Positions 62,401 to 64,000 of a stretch of 64,000 nt of DNA are shown here, piece by piece (position 1 is the first letter of the stretch; each line of letters begins with the position of its first letter). The notes beneath the pieces are model-generated. The model saw only the letters and a program-made list of their open reading frames with translations. It was not told where the DNA came from and did no database searches. The translations under genes were made by a program, and so were the position numbers. This stretch comes from Candidatus Kapaibacterium sp. (lineage in GTDB: Bacteria; Bacteroidota; Ignavibacteria; Kapaibacteriales; UBA2268), in the NCBI GenBank assembly GCA_035445085.1, contig DAOMQA010000001.1:118374-182373 (forward strand), in the 5' to 3' direction.

Positions 62401-63651
62401 AATAACGTGCAATGGAAAACGCTGGGGGAAGTGGTTTCAACAGTTACGGCATCAACAAAATTAAAAAAAGAAGCTTATCGGGAAAAAGGTAAAATTCCAA
62501 TTATTGACCAAGGAATTGAATTTATTGCTGGTTATACTGATGGTTTGTTAACTACAGTTCAGAAAGGAGAATATGTTATTTTTGGTGACCATTCAGAGCA
62601 TATTAAATATGTTGATTTCGAATTCATTCAGGGAGCTGATGGATTGAAAATATTAAAATCAAATTCAAATTCAAATGAAACAAAGTATATCTATTATGCA
62701 TTTCTAAATTTCTATCGAAAAGAATTAAATTATAAACGTCATTGGTCAACAGCAAAAGAAATAAAAATCCCCATCCCCCCGATCGCCGTCCAACAAGAAA
62801 TTGTACGCATATTGGATAAATTTACAGAGCTAACAGCGGAGCTAACAGCGGAGCTAACAGCGGAGCTAACAGCCAGAAAAAAACAGTATCAGTATTATCG
62901 TGAGAAATTATTGTCGCCTGAGGTTCTCGAAGGCAAAAACGGTGGTTTCGAGAGCCTCAACCACCGGAAGCAAGACGAGAACCTCAACCACCAGCACAAG
63001 ACGCCGACGCCTGAGGTTCTCGAAGGCGAGGCTCTCGAAGGCGAGGTTCTCGAAGCCCAAAATAAGGTACAATGGAAAACGCTGGGAGAGGTGGCTTTAC
63101 AAACTTCAAATATTCGTTGGCGTGATACAGAAAATTCATATAGATATATTGACCTAACTTCTGTTTGTCGAGAAACAAATACAATTATTGAGACAACCGA
63201 AATTTCTAAAGAAAATGCACCAAGTAGAGCACAAAAAATAGTACTTAAAAATGATGTAATTTTCGCAACAACAAGACCTACACAAATGAGATTATGTTTA
63301 ATCGATGATGAATATTCTGGACAAATCGCAAGTACAGGTTATTGCGTTTTGAGACCTAAAAAAGAAGAAGTTTTATCAAAATGGATATATTTTAATCTAA
63401 CCAAATCAGATTTTAGAAGCTATCTTGAAGAAAATCAAAGTGGTTCTGCGTATCCAGCTATTTCAGATTCAAAACTTAAAGAATTCAAAATCCCCATCCC
63501 TCCCCTTGCAGAGCAAGAACGCATTGTGCGGATATTGGATAAATTTGATACCTTAGTTAATTCCATCAGCGAGGGTTTGCCTAAGGAGATAGAGCTAAGG
63601 CAAAAGCAGTATGAATATTATCGGGATAAATTATTAAATTTTAATGCTTAA
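62179..63651 (+). CDS. hsdS: Type I restriction-modification specificity subunit (HsdS), two target-recognition domains
   Basis: Two halves, each with NxVQWKTLGEV…(target-recognition domain)…IPIPP(I/L)A(V/E)Q(Q/E)(E/R)IVRILDKF…KQY(Q/E)YYR(E/D)KLL. No hsdM or hsdR within the window. Confidence 0.85.
   Translation: MNNIQKLLGAEVLEGKNGGFENLNHRKQDIDEDLNHQREPMSPEVLEGEVLEGEVLEGEVLEGKAIEGKAIEAPNNVQWKTLGEVVSTVTASTKLKKEAYREKGKIPIIDQGIEFIAGYTDGLLTTVQKGEYVIFGDHSEHIKYVDFEFIQGADGLKILKSNSNSNETKYIYYAFLNFYRKELNYKRHWSTAKEIKIPIPPIAVQQEIVRILDKFTELTAELTAELTAELTARKKQYQYYREKLLSPEVLEGKNGGFESLNHRKQDENLNHQHKTPTPEVLEGEALEGEVLEAQNKVQWKTLGEVALQTSNIRWRDTENSYRYIDLTSVCRETNTIIETTEISKENAPSRAQKIVLKNDVIFATTRPTQMRLCLIDDEYSGQIASTGYCVLRPKKEEVLSKWIYFNLTKSDFRSYLEENQSGSAYPAISDSKLKEFKIPIPPLAEQERIVRILDKFDTLVNSISEGLPKEIELRQKQYEYYRDKLLNFNA
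62827..62874 (+). repeat. 12-nt tandem repeat x4 (gagctaacagcg) encoding ELTA/TAEL in the HsdS central conserved region
   Basis: Three perfect units plus one terminal variant (…cagcc). The protein reads FTELTAELTAELTAELTARKK. Confidence 0.9.
62915..63060 (+). repeat. second copy of the GC-rich repeat block, inserted between the HsdS central region and TRD2
   Basis: Palindromic unit at 62941-62965, partial at 62976-62991, and gaggttctcgaaggc-type 15-mers. Confidence 0.85.
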
Positions 63652-63681
63652 TTGTTGATGATGAGTATATTTAATAACTTT

Positions 63682-63713
63682 AACCCTGAATTATATTTTT
63701 TATAATCAGGGTT
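63682..63713. terminator. inverted repeat / possible terminator downstream of hsdS
   Basis: AACCCTGA-(16 nt AT loop)-TCAGGGTT. Confidence 0.3.
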
Positions 63714-63756
63714 GTATATAAATATTATATTATCTTGAAAACTTTATGGAGTTTTT

Positions 63757-64000
63757 CTAATTCTTAGCTATAAAATATCGTATGTATTCTTGCTTGTTGT
63801 TGCTACAATAATACTTAATACCTACTACTTTCCCATTATTTATAATTTCGTATAAATAGTTAAAATTAGCGTCTGTAAATACGTGATTAAAACTTATTTC
63901 ATTTTCACTATACTGGCTTGCTATTGTATCTGGTAATGATAGGTCAATAAAATACGAGTAAGCTGACTTAACTATTTGATTTTGTATGGTAGTATCTTGT
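63757..64000 (-). CDS. 3' end of a minus-strand gene truncated by the window edge (hypothetical)
   Basis: An open frame of ~80 codons with no in-window start and stop TAG at ~63757, found by manual translation. Absent from the ORF track because it lacks a Met. Confidence 0.3.
   Translation of the reverse strand, partial: QDTTIQNQIVKSAYSYFIDLSLPDTIASQYSENEISFNHVFTDANFNYLYEIINNGKVVGIKYYCSNNKQEYIRYFIAKN

Noticed and set aside
61825-62464. Several 70-120-aa ORFs on both strands (61825..62193 -, 61928..62179 -, 61935..62156 +, 62163..62384 -, 62197..62412 -, 62231..62464 +, 62900..63157 +, 62984..63184 -)
   Set aside because: All overlap the GC-rich repeat block. GC-rich repeats are stop-poor in every frame, and the translations are low-complexity (SRTSP…, LAFENLAFEN…). 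They are artefacts of the repeats.
61955-63060. Possible CRISPR array, because of the repeated 25-nt palindromic units
   Set aside because: Spacing between copies is irregular (92, 178 and ~700 bp). The copies are embedded in frame within protein-coding sequence, alongside unrelated 15-nt tandem units. No cas genes are present.

Overview
AT-rich (~30% GC) chromosomal window from an FCB-group/Bacteroidota-like bacterium. The assignment rests on three features: several giant secreted proteins ending in T9SS C-terminal sorting domains, no Shine-Dalgarno sequences, and a TAnnTTTG-type promoter motif. Most genes are housekeeping. The accessory content is: (i) a GC-richer, apparently horizontally acquired Type II restriction-modification pair at 2648-4640, whose methyltransferase carries a C-terminal SNase-like domain; (ii) a five-gene operon of overlapping minus-strand genes (14630-21600) encoding a DprE1-like FAD oxidase, a HAD phosphatase-UbiA prenyltransferase fusion, UDP-galactopyranose mutase, a flippase and a GH57 enzyme; (iii) an operon of a giant Gly-rich T9SS cargo protein, an OmpA-family protein and a tricorn protease (24880-34958); (iv) the most unusual locus, a GIY-YIG nuclease gene translationally coupled to an apparently solitary Type I hsdS gene (61667-63651). 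That locus is invaded by GC-rich, in-frame, partly palindromic 15-nt and 25-nt repeat units. The hsdS also carries a 12-nt (TAEL) tandem repeat x4 and is built from two directly repeated halves. Also present: an initiator tRNA-fMet with terminator, and several hairpin terminators. All calls come from reading the translations and DNA by eye; no database searches were possible.
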